NCBI RefSeq assembly: GCF_963921235.1
Contig: NC_086118.1
Span: forward strand, 26,352,001 to 26,416,000
From: Mobula hypostoma
Lineage: Eukaryota
Length of the DNA: 64,000 nt
Direction: 5' to 3'
Part shown: piece by piece, positions 25,736-39,718 of the stretch
How the letters are laid out: each line of letters opens with the position of its first letter
Position numbering within the stretch: position 1 is the first letter of the stretch
Made by a program: the position numbers and the translations under genes
Notes under the pieces: generated by a model
Told to the model about the DNA's origin: nothing
Seen by the model: only the letters and a program-made list of their open reading frames with translations
Databases searched by the model: none

Positions 25736-28700
25736 CTTGAACACCCCCCCGCCACCCCGGTCAGCCGGTCCTCAAGAATATTGTCAATATTAAACAGGTC
25801 CGTGATGCAAAATAGGTTAGGGACCCCCTGGTCTAGAACAAGGAAAGTGGTAGAAGCAAATTTAAAAGCATCATATAGGAAGCATGGGGAAAAATACATC
25901 AACAGGCAGGGAAGAGGGAGAGAGTCACAGACAACTTTCAACCAGTACACACATGGTGGGCTGAATGGCCTTTTCCCATTCTGTACTGTGCTATGTTCCA
26001 GGAGGGCACAGGTTGAATATATTAATATAACAGCAACCTCAAATTCTGAGCAATGTTTCTGGCATCTTCAAGATCATATCATTGGATCCTTAATTTCAGA
26101 CCCACACTCCTCCAAAAACATACCTCCCATTTGGAAAGTTACCTTTGCATCCAAGAAATCCTCTCCACCATGTACAGATGAGATTTACTACAGAATAAAC
26201 TCTGGGATAAAGATAATTTGAAGTATGGGAACCCTTACATGAGGAAATGTCAGCAGCTATGTACAGAATTGCTGATATTTTTCTACAAAATCTGGATCAA
26301 TGTCACCTACATGAATGCCGCTCAATCGACTAGCCAACTACTGGAGAATGCAGGAGAGAAAAGGAGGAACACAAACAGTAGAAGTAATAACTGAAGAGTC
26401 ACAGCTGGCAATGACAGAGAAATGGAAACAACGCCACAACATATGGAAAACTGAGAAATAATTTGATCAAAGCATCTATTGACCCTTTGTCAGTTCTTCT
26501 GAGCTATTAGAGGATTCAGGCTCAAGGCAGCACCTGCATGGACCAGCATATTTCACGGCAAATCAAGTACACAGTCTTGGGTAAGAAAGCCTATTTAAAC
26601 AGCCTGCAGAAAACCGGGATGTATAGGGCAATGGAGGACTGGGGGAGACGAGGGTAATACTCAAAGAGTAGGTTGAGAGAAGTCTTAGAACTGGTAAGCT
26701 AGGTTACAGTGATCGTGGTGCGTGATACTGGTGGGAACATACCTACAGCATGCAGAAAGTTGCCTACCTGTAGCCATTTCACAGCACCACGTCATGGCCA
26801 CCATCACTGTAGCCTATCTTACCAACACTAATATTTCCCTCAACTTGCTTGTTTAGTATTACCCTCATCTTCCCCAGTCCTCCATTGCCCTGCACATCCT
26901 GGTTCTCTGTAGGATATTTAAATAGACTTTCCTACCCAAGACAATATACTTGATTTGCTGTGAAATAATGTAGTGTTAGACAAGAAGATTTCTAAACGTG
27001 GATTCTGTGAGTACTTTTCCCCATAGTTTCTGACTTCTAATAACCAATCACACATTTTAAACAGCTATGCACTTTATTTAAGTTCTATTCAGAATCGTGT
27101 GTGTACCATCTAGCATGGATGAGATGGGTGGAATGTATCATACCCATTGTCACTCTCTATCAGTGTGTCTGAAACATTCCCAGTATTCTCCAAATATCCA
27201 TCCCTAAACTGTCAAATTTGTCTAAATATTTATCTAAAATTAATTCACTGACTGTAGAACATGCAAAGGATGCTAAATAAATGCAAGTTTTTTCTCACTG
27301 ACAAATAGCCTGGCTACATATTTGTTTCTTCATACTAACAGTGTAGTTTTGCTATTGGAATACATTATGTGTGGCCTTAGTTAGCACTGTGTCACAATGG
27401 TCTCCAGGGCACAGATGTGCTAATGCCATTGCTGATTACCTAATCTCTGATAATTTACACTGGTTCTTCAATTGCACTTTATTTACTTGTGCAAAAGAAG
27501 GACAGTTCAGCCCCTATCACCAAACTGTTCAGAAGTTATAGCTCAAGATTGTCAATTTTCAATAGAAACTTCGTGCAGCTTTGACTCCCATTATTTGCAT
27601 CTAGAAGCGCCAGTTGTAATACATATTTTAGGTGTTAGTAACCAGTAAATTCACCTGCTGAAGATCACTAATGTTTTAGAATTAGTAAAATAACTGTCCA
27701 ATGGCTAGTAAATGGCAACTAGCTTTCATTAGTATCCTTAATCATCTCTTGGTATGTCTGGTTGCCTTGGCGAAGAAACCATACAAAGAAGCTGTGCAAA
27801 GAGGAACACACACAAAATACTGGAGGAACTCAGCAGGCCAGACAGCATCTATGGGCAGAAACCCTTCGGCAGGACTGGAGAAAAAAGAGGAGATAGGTTC
27901 TCAAGGTCTGAGATTTCCTAGGGTAGTCATAGTCAGCTAGTGTGACTATACAATGTCTGCACACTGTCTCTGATATCTTAACCCTTGCCTTGTTGCAATT
28001 TCCACACTGGCTACTATTCTACTATTGCCGATAAACCTCACATGAGGAACTGAACAACCACATTGAGATTTCTTGTGCCAATACCCCCACAATCACTTCT
28101 GCTGTGACTGTCAATGGGCTTTGCCAACCTCGTCTTTAAAACAGATGTTTCTAATGTAACATGGACTTGTTACTTTAGAAAGAAGAGAAGCCCCTTTGTC
28201 TTGAGTTGTCGTCCAAGAAATTAAGAATCAGGCAATATGTTTGTGCCCTGACATGATGTTTACCTAGAACTTTTGGATGGAGTGAAATATGTTAATATTA
28301 TCGTACGCTGTGGTGTTTTTGTGAACATGCCACTGATCATGAACAATCTGCTGGAAGAACTCAGCAAGCTGAGTAGCATCTAGGGTGAGTGGTGGTGGGG
28401 TTGGGGTGTGGGTGAGGAATCATCCACATTTCAGAACAATACTTCACTATTTTTGAGGTGCTCTAAGAAAATGTTACAATTTTCTACAAAAGTTGTACAT
28501 GGAACATTTCTATTAAATCCAAAGTGTAGTTAATTCAAAGTCACAAGCAGTCTCTTACTGCTCCTCACCTCCTGAACGAGCTGCCAGCGCAAGTGGTGAA
28601 TGCGAGCTCGAATATAATATTTAAGAGATGTTTGGATAGGTACATGGGTGGTAGGGACATGGAGGGCTATGGACCCGGTGCAGGTCAATGGGAGTAGGCT

Positions 28701-30009
28701 GTTTAAATAGTTTGGCATGGACTAGATGGGCCGAAGGGCCTTTTTCTGTGCTGTACTTTTCTGTGACTATAATTCACTGCACTTTAACTATCACTTACTA
28801 CTATACACCAACTCAGACCTGTTATGTGAAAATCAGTGCAATACAAACATTTACAAGTTTTCTTCAGATCCACTTGTTTCAAAAAGTGACAGATTAGAAA
28901 GGTTGTGTGGAAGTTTACCTCAACTCTTTGCCACTGCTGTACAAAATAGAAGCTTCCACAAGTGCAGCAGTAAGTTAAACACCGGTGTCTCTAGGTTATT
29001 AAACAGCATACCTGCTATTAAAGAAAATATCCAAATGAGATCACATATTCTTCTTGTTCCATGTTTTCCTACAAGCACCATATCCATTAGAATGCTGGCA
29101 GAATCCAACAGAAAACAGGACCTTATTGCTTCAATCACAATTCTTCCAAAAGGAAGAAGAAGAAAACATATGGGTTGCTCTCAGCTTGACTATTTGTTCA
29201 AAGCAGCCCAGTATCTGTTGACAGAATATTATTTATAGAGTTGGATTAATATTGAAAGAATGTTTTGAAGCCACTTAGGTGACAAGACATTGTTCACAGC
29301 CAAGCAGATGGGGCCAGTTTGCTTAATAACATAAATCTCCTGATTGTAGTAGCTCAAGGATTAAACAAAATAATTCAAGGAATCAAATGTACCAAATACA
29401 ATGAAAAATATATCTGATACATCAGCAGAGAAGTAAAAACATGAATTAGGACCAAAAATATTAAACCAAGGACTGCAAAATTAACTATGTGCATGTTTAT
29501 ACATTTTATTTGCATACAGTATATTTAAGCACTTTTATTTTTTTGAGAAGATCATTGTGTTACTTGTAGTCTTGTAAAATGTTGCAGTTGGCATCAGAAG
29601 TGACCTTCTCTGTCAGTGATATTAATTCTGAAGTGGTTGTAGACCCTGCTGGGTAGGTAGTGTTACTGCTTCACAACCCCCTCTGTGACAATATGTCAAG
29701 TTTGCGAATTAAAATGTGCTACAGGAGCAGTAAAGGAGTCAACATGGTTGGGTTCTGTAGCCTATGTTTCTGTTTTATCTACTATATACATTGCCAAGGT
29801 CACAGCATTAAAATATTCATATTAATGCAGCATCTCTTTCAAAAGTAAAACACCACTTCTCCAGGAATAAAAAGAATGGGAATGACAGTAAATGAGTTAT
29901 TGATGGTCAGCACAGGCTTAGTGGGCCAAAGGGCCACTTTCAATACCTTGATTCTTAAGAATAAAATTGAAAAGAAATAAGCTAATGCTAAACTTACATA
30001 CAACCATCA

Positions 30010-30645
30010 TCGCTATATTGTGAGACCCGACGTAGACCGCTTTGTTGAGCACCTTCACTCCATCTGCAAAAAGCAGGGTTTCCCGGCGGCCAACCATTTT
30101 AATTCCCATCCCCAATCCCATTCTGACGTGTTCATCCATGGCCTCCCCTTCTACCACAAAGTGGACATGTTCAAGTTGGAGGAGGAGCAACCTATATTCT
30201 GCCTAGGTAGCCACCAACCTGTTGGCACGAACATCGATTTCTCCAACTTCCAGTAATTTTTTTCACCCCTCCCCCTTCCATCTTCTTCATTTCCCCACTC
30301 TGATCTCTTACCTCTTCTCTTCACCTACTCCCTGTGCTACTACTCCTCCTTCCCTTTCTCCCATAGCCCACTCTCCTCACCTATCGAATTTGTTCTTCTC
30401 CAGCCCTTTACCTTTTCCACCTATCACCTCCCAGCTTCTTACTTCATCCCTACTGCCCCACCCAACCAGCTTCAACTATTACCTTTCAGCTGGTCCTACT
30501 TGCCCCTCCCGCTACCTCCTTCTTCTGGCATCTTCCCAATTCGTTTCCAGTTCTGACGAAGGGTCTCACCCTGAAAAGCTGCCCTGTGTATTCATTGTGA
30601 TAGATGCCAACTGACCTCCTGAGTTCCTCCAGTATTTTGTGTGAG
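30010..30645 (+). mobile_element. Decayed Neptune PLE 3' fragment
   Basis: Translation DRFVEHLHSI...HFNSHPQSHSD...NIDFSNFQ followed by a PLE 3' region with a degenerate hammerhead. Confidence 0.85.
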
Positions 30646-33600
30646 ATACAACCATCAAAACTGTGTTCAGATGTCAATATAAATATAAAGATAAGGAGAT
30701 ACTGGAGATTCAGCTTAAAAATTCAAACCGCAGTGGTATACATCAGGACGGGCAGCATTGCCAAGGCTCTTTTCTCCAGAAATTGGTGCTGAAGTAATGC
30801 AAGATGTTGTCATAGTTCTGAAGCATTTTGAAAGGACATACACAGAGAAGAGATGGCAGTGTTGTATTCACAAATGAATCCAATAAGGGCTTAAGGTGAA
30901 ATCTCTCTTGATCTAGACAGTGTAAATTGTTAACAAGGAGAACTGCTGAGATGAATGGTGTGGTGGCATTTATGAGTAAGCTTCATAGATTCATAAAGAA
31001 CAAAATGATGAGCTGAATGAATCAGAGTGGGAGGAAGCTCATGCAAAGTAGAGAAAGAGACATATTTCAAGGAAGGTTTGCTGATACGCCTGAGTTGTAG
31101 ATTCAATGCACACAAATTAAATGTTATAATTTGACAAACTGGTAACTTTCAAAATGGCAGTTCTCTGTCAGAGTAGGGTGTTTGATTGGGCAGACGCTGC
31201 TACACTTCAAACTCTGTAGCCCAGTCCCTGATGCCTCTCCAATTTGCTGTTGTGTCTGTAGTCAATACTGCTGAAATGGAGTAAAAACAAAATCAAGGAG
31301 GACAGTTATCTACTGTCATTGGTTTCTACCTTCACATCATTCCTCCAGCCCCTTGCAATAATGCAAAACTGTAAATAGACAATGTGATTTTATTTTCCCC
31401 TGGAAAGGAAGCAGGCTTTTCATTACAAGTTAGTCTATCACACCGTACACCCATAATCCAATGTTTAGGTTAGACTCATGCAATTTTGATTCTTTCAAAT
31501 CCTCTATTCCAGCTCAGTGACATGTAATGAATTAGATCTGGTATTAGGTAATACACCAGTATATGTCCTGGACAACAAAGTTAACAGGGTAAGCCATTTA
31601 CTTGCATTGCTATCACACACCAGAAATTACCAAGATGCCATCATGTTCAGCCGTACATTATTAAATGTGAAAAACTAATAATCAATCAAGCTAATCCAGT
31701 TGTTAAATTTATTTTGAAAGATTGAGTTATGCCAAAAGCAAGAAATGCATATTCAATAAACAGTATTACAATCTTATCTCATACCATTAAAATTTGGTTC
31801 AAATGCAATTTAAGCAAGCCAACTCTTCATTCTTGGTATAAGACAAAACTGTATTAAAGATTATTGAATATGCATTCAGTAATACATTTTACTGCATATG
31901 CATTAGATAGAGTTCCTCATCTAAGGTGTAAAATCCAGTTCAGCATTTCTACATTGATTCTTTGGTAGGCTCCAAATTGTTTCACTGGAAGTTTCTTTTT
32001 CACATAGAGGTCAAGTACAGAGAATAGCAATATTCTGGAAAGGCAGTGATGTCCAAAGTCCTGGATCAATCCATATAACTAGCAACAAAAGAAAGAAACC
32101 TGAAAAATATTATATAACAGAAGTGGAGCTGTAGTCAAGAAGACAAGATGTCTGATCTCTTGGGGTCAAAGATCCAACCCATTGAAGTTTCTTCATTGGT
32201 ATACACTACATGCTCACTGACAAGTATGTATCTGATCTATTGTTCCACTGAGAGTTATACATCCATATCTTTTCACCATCTTTGGAGAAAAGCAAAAGCA
32301 CTTGAGTGTTCTACCATAAAGGGGGCAATACAAGTTCAAAACCATGCTCTGATTTCAAAATCTCTCATATTCACCAAAGTTGTCAGCAAAGAAAGGCTCT
32401 TTTCAAAATACCTTTATCCCATAGGCTAACTAAAAGCTAGAATTCCATTCACTGATTTATTTCAAAAAGGGTTTAAAGTAGGTCCAATTCTGGTAATGCC
32501 AGAACATGAAAAGCAAAAATTCTAATTGAAACACACATACCACCTCCCATTTCCTAAGAAGCTCATTCAAAATTTGCTTCTAAGTGCAAAGGATTTTTTT
32601 TCAGCCCAGCACTGCATCTGAGGTGAAGAGAATACAAGAGAGAATAGTCAAGCTCAATACTAATCTATTGATAGAACTTACCTTAAGTTGGGCTGAAGTT
32701 AAACTATTCATTTGATATGATAAACCTGATTTAAGACTGATTGATAAGATGACTATCTTAAAGCTCAGATTTTCAAATATGCTGATTTTCTAACCTAAAA
32801 CAGGCAAAAATCTGGATTTCTTTGTGGGTATGTGATCAATGTTTTATGCTTGTTCTCCTAGCCCTATCATGCTAATAAGGGAAGTAAACTAGGCATGACA
32901 AATTCCTTATGTCCCATTTGGGATAGGGACTTAATTTTCTTAATCCTCATTTTCACTTTTTGTTGCCAGTGACTAACACTCCCTTGACAACTCCAATCTC
33001 CACCGCAGCTTTTGATTTGGAATCAATATTTGGAGATGAAAATGTATAGTCTACTGAAAATCTTTAATGGATACTCTTAGACTTGTTGAAGGAATAACAG
33101 CCCAGAACTTCCTTCAAAATGACAGCAGTTCTAAGTAGATTTGTCAACATTCCTTTCCACAACGGAATGTTATCTAAGGGCTGTAAATTTCTTGATTGAT
33201 TCTCACACAGAATTATCCCGACAGTGTTCTGCTGTTGGACTCTTCGGATCACATCATGCATTTCACTTGGATCAGACCTGGCGCAGGTTCTTCAATTCCA
33301 ATCATTCCTAAGTTTCAGGTTATCCACCAGTTTAAATTGAGTTTCAAATAAATTAATTTTAATTATATTTAAGTGTATTTTCCCAGTGTTTTAAGGTGTT
33401 ACTTTTAATTTTCTGCCAACTTAAATAAAAATGTGTGGTCGCTTGTTCACAGTCTTATAAATGTATCACGATGCTATCAATATCAGGGCTTGCAAATTGT
33501 ATCAGGACTTTGATAGGCGGTTCTGCATAGTGATGACCCGATGTCTGGTGGAACTGTAGGGCTAAGGTCTTGCTGAACTTCATGAACCAGGTTGGTGTTT

Positions 33601-35489
33601 AGAGATCCTAGTAAAAACAGACTTAGTGAGGAGGGGAGCAATATGTATGCTTGGTGTACTATTTCCAGAAGTCCTGCTCCAGGCAGAACAATGATTAGAC
33701 ACTGGCTATCGAATGTATTTACTACTAGCATCACCCTTAAGAGAGCTGTCAGCGAACTTTATGATGTTAGCTGTACAATTACCTATTTCACTTCTAACCT
33801 TTTACTGCAAAATATCCTAGTAACAATTAAATGTAATTCCTAGTTTTGCATCAAATTTCATGCAAAGAGCATTCTCTCACTTCTGTAGCTTCTTCCGTTT
33901 AAAGCAGATCTATTTTTGGCAACGGACATGGCCAGGTTGGAGACATCATTTAAGTTTCTCCAAAAATAGTCCTATGATCAATCACACACTGCAAAATAAA
34001 CTGGACAATACACACCTGCTCAGGTTGCCTAATACTTCTAGGCATCTGCTGTAAATTCACCAGTAGCTGGAAAGCACACTGTCAAGAAATTGAAGCAGCA
34101 CAATTCTGAGCTATAGGAAGATCAGACAAACTAGGAATATTAGAGAGGGAAGACAAATGTTAAAAGTCAGGATCACTGCATTGAGATGACTTTCTCCAGA
34201 AGAATTGAAGTATAAAAATACCTGAAGATCAATCCTAGAAAGCAACAACCTTAACCTCCCTCTATCTGGTTTCATTTTTCATCAACAGATAATAACAGAT
34301 TTGTGATCTATGTGATATTGCTGGCTGATCGTCAGTGGCAGCTTGCCACGTGCCTGTACACATCATTTGGGATGAATTTGTATCTCTTATGTTGATTTCC
34401 CAGAAAAGAAAAATCTGGTTTCCGCAAGGCAGCTAGATAAAATAGAAGTGATTAGAATTTCAAATAATTTCAATCAAAATCTGTTCTTTAATATTTAAAT
34501 TTTGAACCTGCCCATGTGGCATATCATTTGTTCTGCAATAGATGACTTCAGAGCTGTGATTTTTTTCTTTGAACTAAGTCACAGAGTGAAATAAATTACC
34601 TTTACGTACAACTGGGCTCTTCACATTCTTGCAATCTTTTCTTTTCTCGTGCGCAGGAGCATCTCAGTTCTAAAGGAGCCATTTAATGGCTATTCATGGG
34701 AGCAGGCTGCTCATTTACCTCAGCTCTTCAACTACGATAATGGACCAAATGAAGAAAACACCCAAAAATCATTTAGGCCTTGCAATCATGTGGTTGTCAA
34801 TATTTGCAGATTAATGCCCTATATGATCTTTTGGAATTCTTCAAATCAGCTATTTCACTAGAGACACAGGTCTATTTCAAGTGTATGGGATAATAACAGT
34901 ATTGTAAAAGTGAACAGATATATTGGTGCGTGGTTCTAAGGAATTACAGCCATTGGAAACAGTAATTGATCCCAGAAGGGATAAATTGCCTTCTTGTTCC
35001 ATTGACAGTGACAGACTGCATGGTATTATTTTACCAGAGTCACCAATGTGAATCAGTTGCTTAGCCATTTACCTATACAAATTGTAATGTAATGCCATAA
35101 GTGAGGTTCCAATTTGCAATGTTAGGTTAGTAACGGAAACCCAATTGGATGACTAAGAACCAGCTAGTCAAAGGGAGCATTGTGCAGCCAGGAGAGGTGG
35201 GAGTTTTCCTGTAAGTCCCATAGCAACAGGTAACCAGTAAGCCTCATATCCTTTCTTCCCTACTCCTCACCAATTTTATATTGGCTGTGTCATCTAGTCC
35301 CAAGCCACTAATTCATCATCCATGGTACAGTGACTCTGTGTTTACCTGCCCCAGGCATGAAGATTCATGGTCAAAGGTCATGCTTTAGTGCTCGTTTGTC
35401 CACCACACACTAGCAGTCAATAACCACAATTAAATGCTAATCCTCACATCCTGCAAGTTAATAAATTAATAATTCAATAATTATTTTGT

Positions 35490-35675
35490 TATTCCCTAAT
35501 GACACCCAAGTGACCAATTAACCTACTTATCTGTACGTGTTTGGAATGTGGTAGAAACCAGAGCACCCGGAGGAAACCCACGCGGTCACAGGGAGAACAT
35601 ACAAACTCCTTACAGACAGCAGCAGGAACTGAACCCAGGTCTCTGGCGTGGTAAAGTGTTACGCTACCGAGCTGC
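35490..35675 (-). mobile_element. tRNA-derived SINE (HE1/V-SINE-like)
   Basis: Minus strand gacctgggttcagttcc (box B-like) and gagtttgtatgttctccctgtgaccgcgtgggtttcctccggg. Confidence 0.7.
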
Positions 35676-37785
35676 CCCATTTTCATAAATGATGTAACTG
35701 CAGCACGAACTGCTTCACGCATTCCTAACACTTATACAGAATTGCGAAACATTGTGGTGTTTAAAATCGTGGTCATAATATCGACACGTAGGGCCAATTC
35801 TGGTCATGCCACTAAATTGTCAACCATAGATAGTTAGAGGCATGAAGAAACTTCTTTTGTATCATAAGCGGCTAAGATTTGGAACAGTAAGATGGATACA
35901 GATTCAATGCCAGCTTTTAACCCGGAAATTAATACACATGACAGAGGAAAATATGCAGGTGTATGAGGTAAGAGAGGATACTAGTGATAATTCTGCAAGA
36001 AAATCAGACCTCTGTGCTGCAAGAAGTTGCTTGAAACAAGAATATTTATATGAAACATTACATGATTTCCAATTATTAAGTGAAATATAGCATAAAGTTT
36101 AAACATGATGTAAAACTGCAATTTGTGGGTAACCAGTATAGGTATGGTAATACTGAGAGATACAAGCAGAAAAGGCACAGAAGTCATACATAAAAAATAA
36201 TACTGCCTTCAAGATCTCAGTGGTCATTAGAATAATTTCAATTTCTTTCTCCTTTCTTTGCGACACAAATCATTAATGGTGATGACCTGACCATTTACGT
36301 GAAAGGAATCTACAGTTTCCACGGCATCCACACATCAGTAGCTTCAGAAATTATTCCTGAGCCTTTCTCTCTCTTTCTACCTGTAGTTCACTCATGTGTC
36401 GATCCCACCCCCTCACACAAACTTTATACATTGGTTCTAAATCTGGATCTGTGCCTCCTTAGTTACCAATGTACATGAAGTAAATCATATATTATCTTAA
36501 TGCAGCAGTGTGATACATAACACTTTCCAATGGTTAAATGCCAGAGTATTTCCAGTCCTGTATTATATAATTATAATTATTATATCCACAAAATTATTCC
36601 ACACAGCATGAATTTGTACTCAGCTCCGTCCCCAATCGTTCAACATGAAGTGACTGAATAAATTAGAGTTCCTAAAGCAAGCAGCATGTCCTTGATGAAT
36701 TTTGAATGCCAGAGCCTTCAAATCTGAAACTGGTACTTTTTTTTGATTACATTGCAGCACCCAACAAATGTTGGGTTTAGAACAGGTGACCACACACTGT
36801 TAGCATGCAGACTCAGCAGGCATCAGTGCTGCAAGTACACACTGAAAGCCTGCACTTACTGTCAGCCATTTCAAACACAAATGCAATAAAGTGACAAGTG
36901 TAATTTAATGAGTGCATGCCACAGACGAGAAAACCAACAATTTATTGATAAACACTAACAGCAGGAAGGGTCTCACTAGGATAAATCAGGCCTGCATCAA
37001 TCTATGCTGAAACTATAAACCTGCTCACATATTTATCATTTGCCAAAGTGGTGAGCGATCAACATTACTAATTATGAATTCCCACTGGAGATGGAGATCT
37101 TAAACAACCACAATAGTGTCAGTGAGAAGATCAAAACAAAATCTATGAGCTATCACTGCCTCTTCAGTAGATTTACTCACGCCACAAGATTACATTCTCC
37201 ACTTACCTGTAAATTTAAATGATAAATGATTGTTGCCATGAGCTAAAATTCTCAGCTCCGGACCTGTACTTCAGCTCCTAAAACAGTTTGTCAACTCATG
37301 CTAATGTAAAGTGTGGTCACTGTTTAAGAGAACAGAAAAGCACCAGCACAATGCAATCTCATGTATGATCACTTGGATCCAAAGTAAACCTAACACCCTG
37401 TGTAAATGCAACTTAGGAAGCAGGACTGTAATCAAATGTCGTCTAAGCAGCCAAAACCCTTGATCTGCTTTTCAACTGTGGGTAGACACAGCAGACGTGT
37501 GTGAAGCCAAATTACATTAATTTAGTATTGATGCTTGTGTAAAGGAGCAGTAGGTGTATTACGTAAGGGGTGGATGTAGAGAGGCAGCATAGTCTCAAAA
37601 ACATTTGCTTCTACTATGAGGACAGAGACTGGTGGAAAGGTCAGACAATTCAGTTACAGTTTCCACCAATTAATTTTGCATAAATTATCTCCATGTCTTC
37701 ATGTGTAATTGTCTAATATATTAAGCATAAATCTAATAGAAATGAATCATATTAACAGCTGAACAAATCCGATTTGGTCACACAC

Positions 37786-37933
37786 CTGTATGTTGAGTGG
37801 AGCCACTAAAGTTGCCTCGGATGAACGGAGCCTGAAATGCATACACAATGTCCCCTTCGCCAACTGTGTTCAAATCTTCCTCATCCGAAAAGGAGCGTTC
37901 AAACCCGTTTGTGTAAACTTCTGTTAAAATTAC
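37786..37933 (-). CDS. USP43: Next internal coding exon (148 bp) of the USP43-like gene
   Basis: Translates VILTEVYTNGFERSFSDEEDLNTVGEGDIVYAFQAPFIRGNFSGSTQHT(G), matching recalled USP43 GFQRSFFDEEDLNTIAEGDNVYAFQ better than the paralogue USP31. ttccag acceptor, phase-0 start, gtgtgt donor (donor less certain). Confidence 0.88.
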
Positions 37934-39718
37934 CTGGAACATTAATAAAGAAACCATGCTCAGAAGATTATTGAAAGTGCTGGGTAACTTAAAACGGCAG
38001 TTTTTATACAGTGATACACACAAAGGAGCTGGAGGAACTCAGCGGGTCTGTTAACGTCTAAGGAGGGCAATGGACTCTCAATATGTCTACCTTATGCTGT
38101 GATTATTACTTTTGAATTTATGTAGAGAACAGCACAGTATTTTATCAAGCACAAGTTTTGAGAAAGGAGGATCTATGACAAGTTCCCATGAGGCAATGAC
38201 TACGCACACTTCTCACAGCACTCCACTTTATAGTAGCAGCAGCGCTTCATTCTGCCTTCAAAATTTAGTTCTTCTGATGTTAATCGAACCATTTAGTGTG
38301 TTTAGAACCAATGGCCAGTCTTATTTCAAACTCTCAATTTGATGTCATTGCTCATTTTTCAATTCACTCTTATTAACGAAGGTACAGAGCTGAAGCTAAA
38401 CACTTCAGTAACCATGACAATCAGATTTGCCTAGCTGGTAAAAGAAGGTCTGGTGACTTGAGCCCTGGAATTTCAAAGCAAGATTATTTCTTCAAAAGAT
38501 TTCAGTTATCTTGAATTTTCCGACCATAGCGAATAGTTTAAACATAAAGCTGTATAACAGGATATTAATAAATACTGTGCAAATCTTCTTTATAGCTAAT
38601 ATAAGCAATGAATCATCATTATCAACAAGCCAAACACTGAAGGAACTCAGAGTGTCAGGCAGCAGCTGTGGAGGGAAATGAACAGTCGACATTTACACTG
38701 CTAATCTGGGCTGAGTCATCATTAATTTAACCCTGTTACTAAAACTAACACACTTAATTTTAAAATCTCTACCAATTCCCTCACATCTTAAACACTTCTT
38801 ACATTTTTCAATGGTGCTTTTTCTATTTGAAGAGACCGCCCCCCCCCCCCCCACCGCACCTTGGTCCCTATCCCATTTGCCTCTGTGAAATGCTACTGTT
38901 TACTGTTTGTTCATGATTAGGTTATTGAAACAATGATTGCATTTATCCCTACATTACACAAATATAAATCTTCTTAAACCATCTTCTCTAACCTAGCTTT
39001 AAGTTCCCTACCATGTGTGACAAATAATTCAGAGGCTAAGAGGAAATACACTGCTAATTTTAATTTTAATTCATGTTTATTTATATTTTTGCCATTAATT
39101 AAAATAAGGAAGATCCACAGAAGTGCTATCAAATGAACTGTTCATCAATAACCCGACCATCAATGGAAGAACATAAACTAAGTACACATTTCCAGCTTTT
39201 ATCACTGCCTTGCTGTAAGTATGGATACAAGTACAGAACAACAGTGTATCAGTCAGATTCTTTTTCATTAAGGTGGCATCTGAATTAAGATAGGTGCAAG
39301 GAACTCTGGCAAGACTGAAATCAATTTACATTAAAGGCAAGAACGTGCAGGCAGTTAGATCGATACTTTGTACACTTGCATTACCTCACACTATCATTCC
39401 AGTAGACACCATCAGCAAGATGCATTGCAGCAACTTCTTCCTCAGCAGGACCAAGCCAGTACCCTCCATCAGTGGAAAGTGGCTACCAGGGCCACAGATA
39501 TCACTCAAATTCTACTTCTTCCTTGATTGCCCAATTTATTCTCTCCTTGCTACGATAATTGTCAAATGCGCCAAAGTGAACAACTAACCCGCTCCCATTC
39601 AGATCAGAGCCAGTTACCAAATATCCTACAAGATTTGCTGAGCTCACTTCAGAAGGACAGTCAGTCTTCCATTGTATTGTGGCACCTCGCTTCAGCTCAT
39701 TTCATTTAAAGTGATATA

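Noticed and set aside
25484..26221. 245-aa plus-strand ORF
   Set aside because: Crosses MITE boundaries into unrelated sequence and has no recognisable domain.
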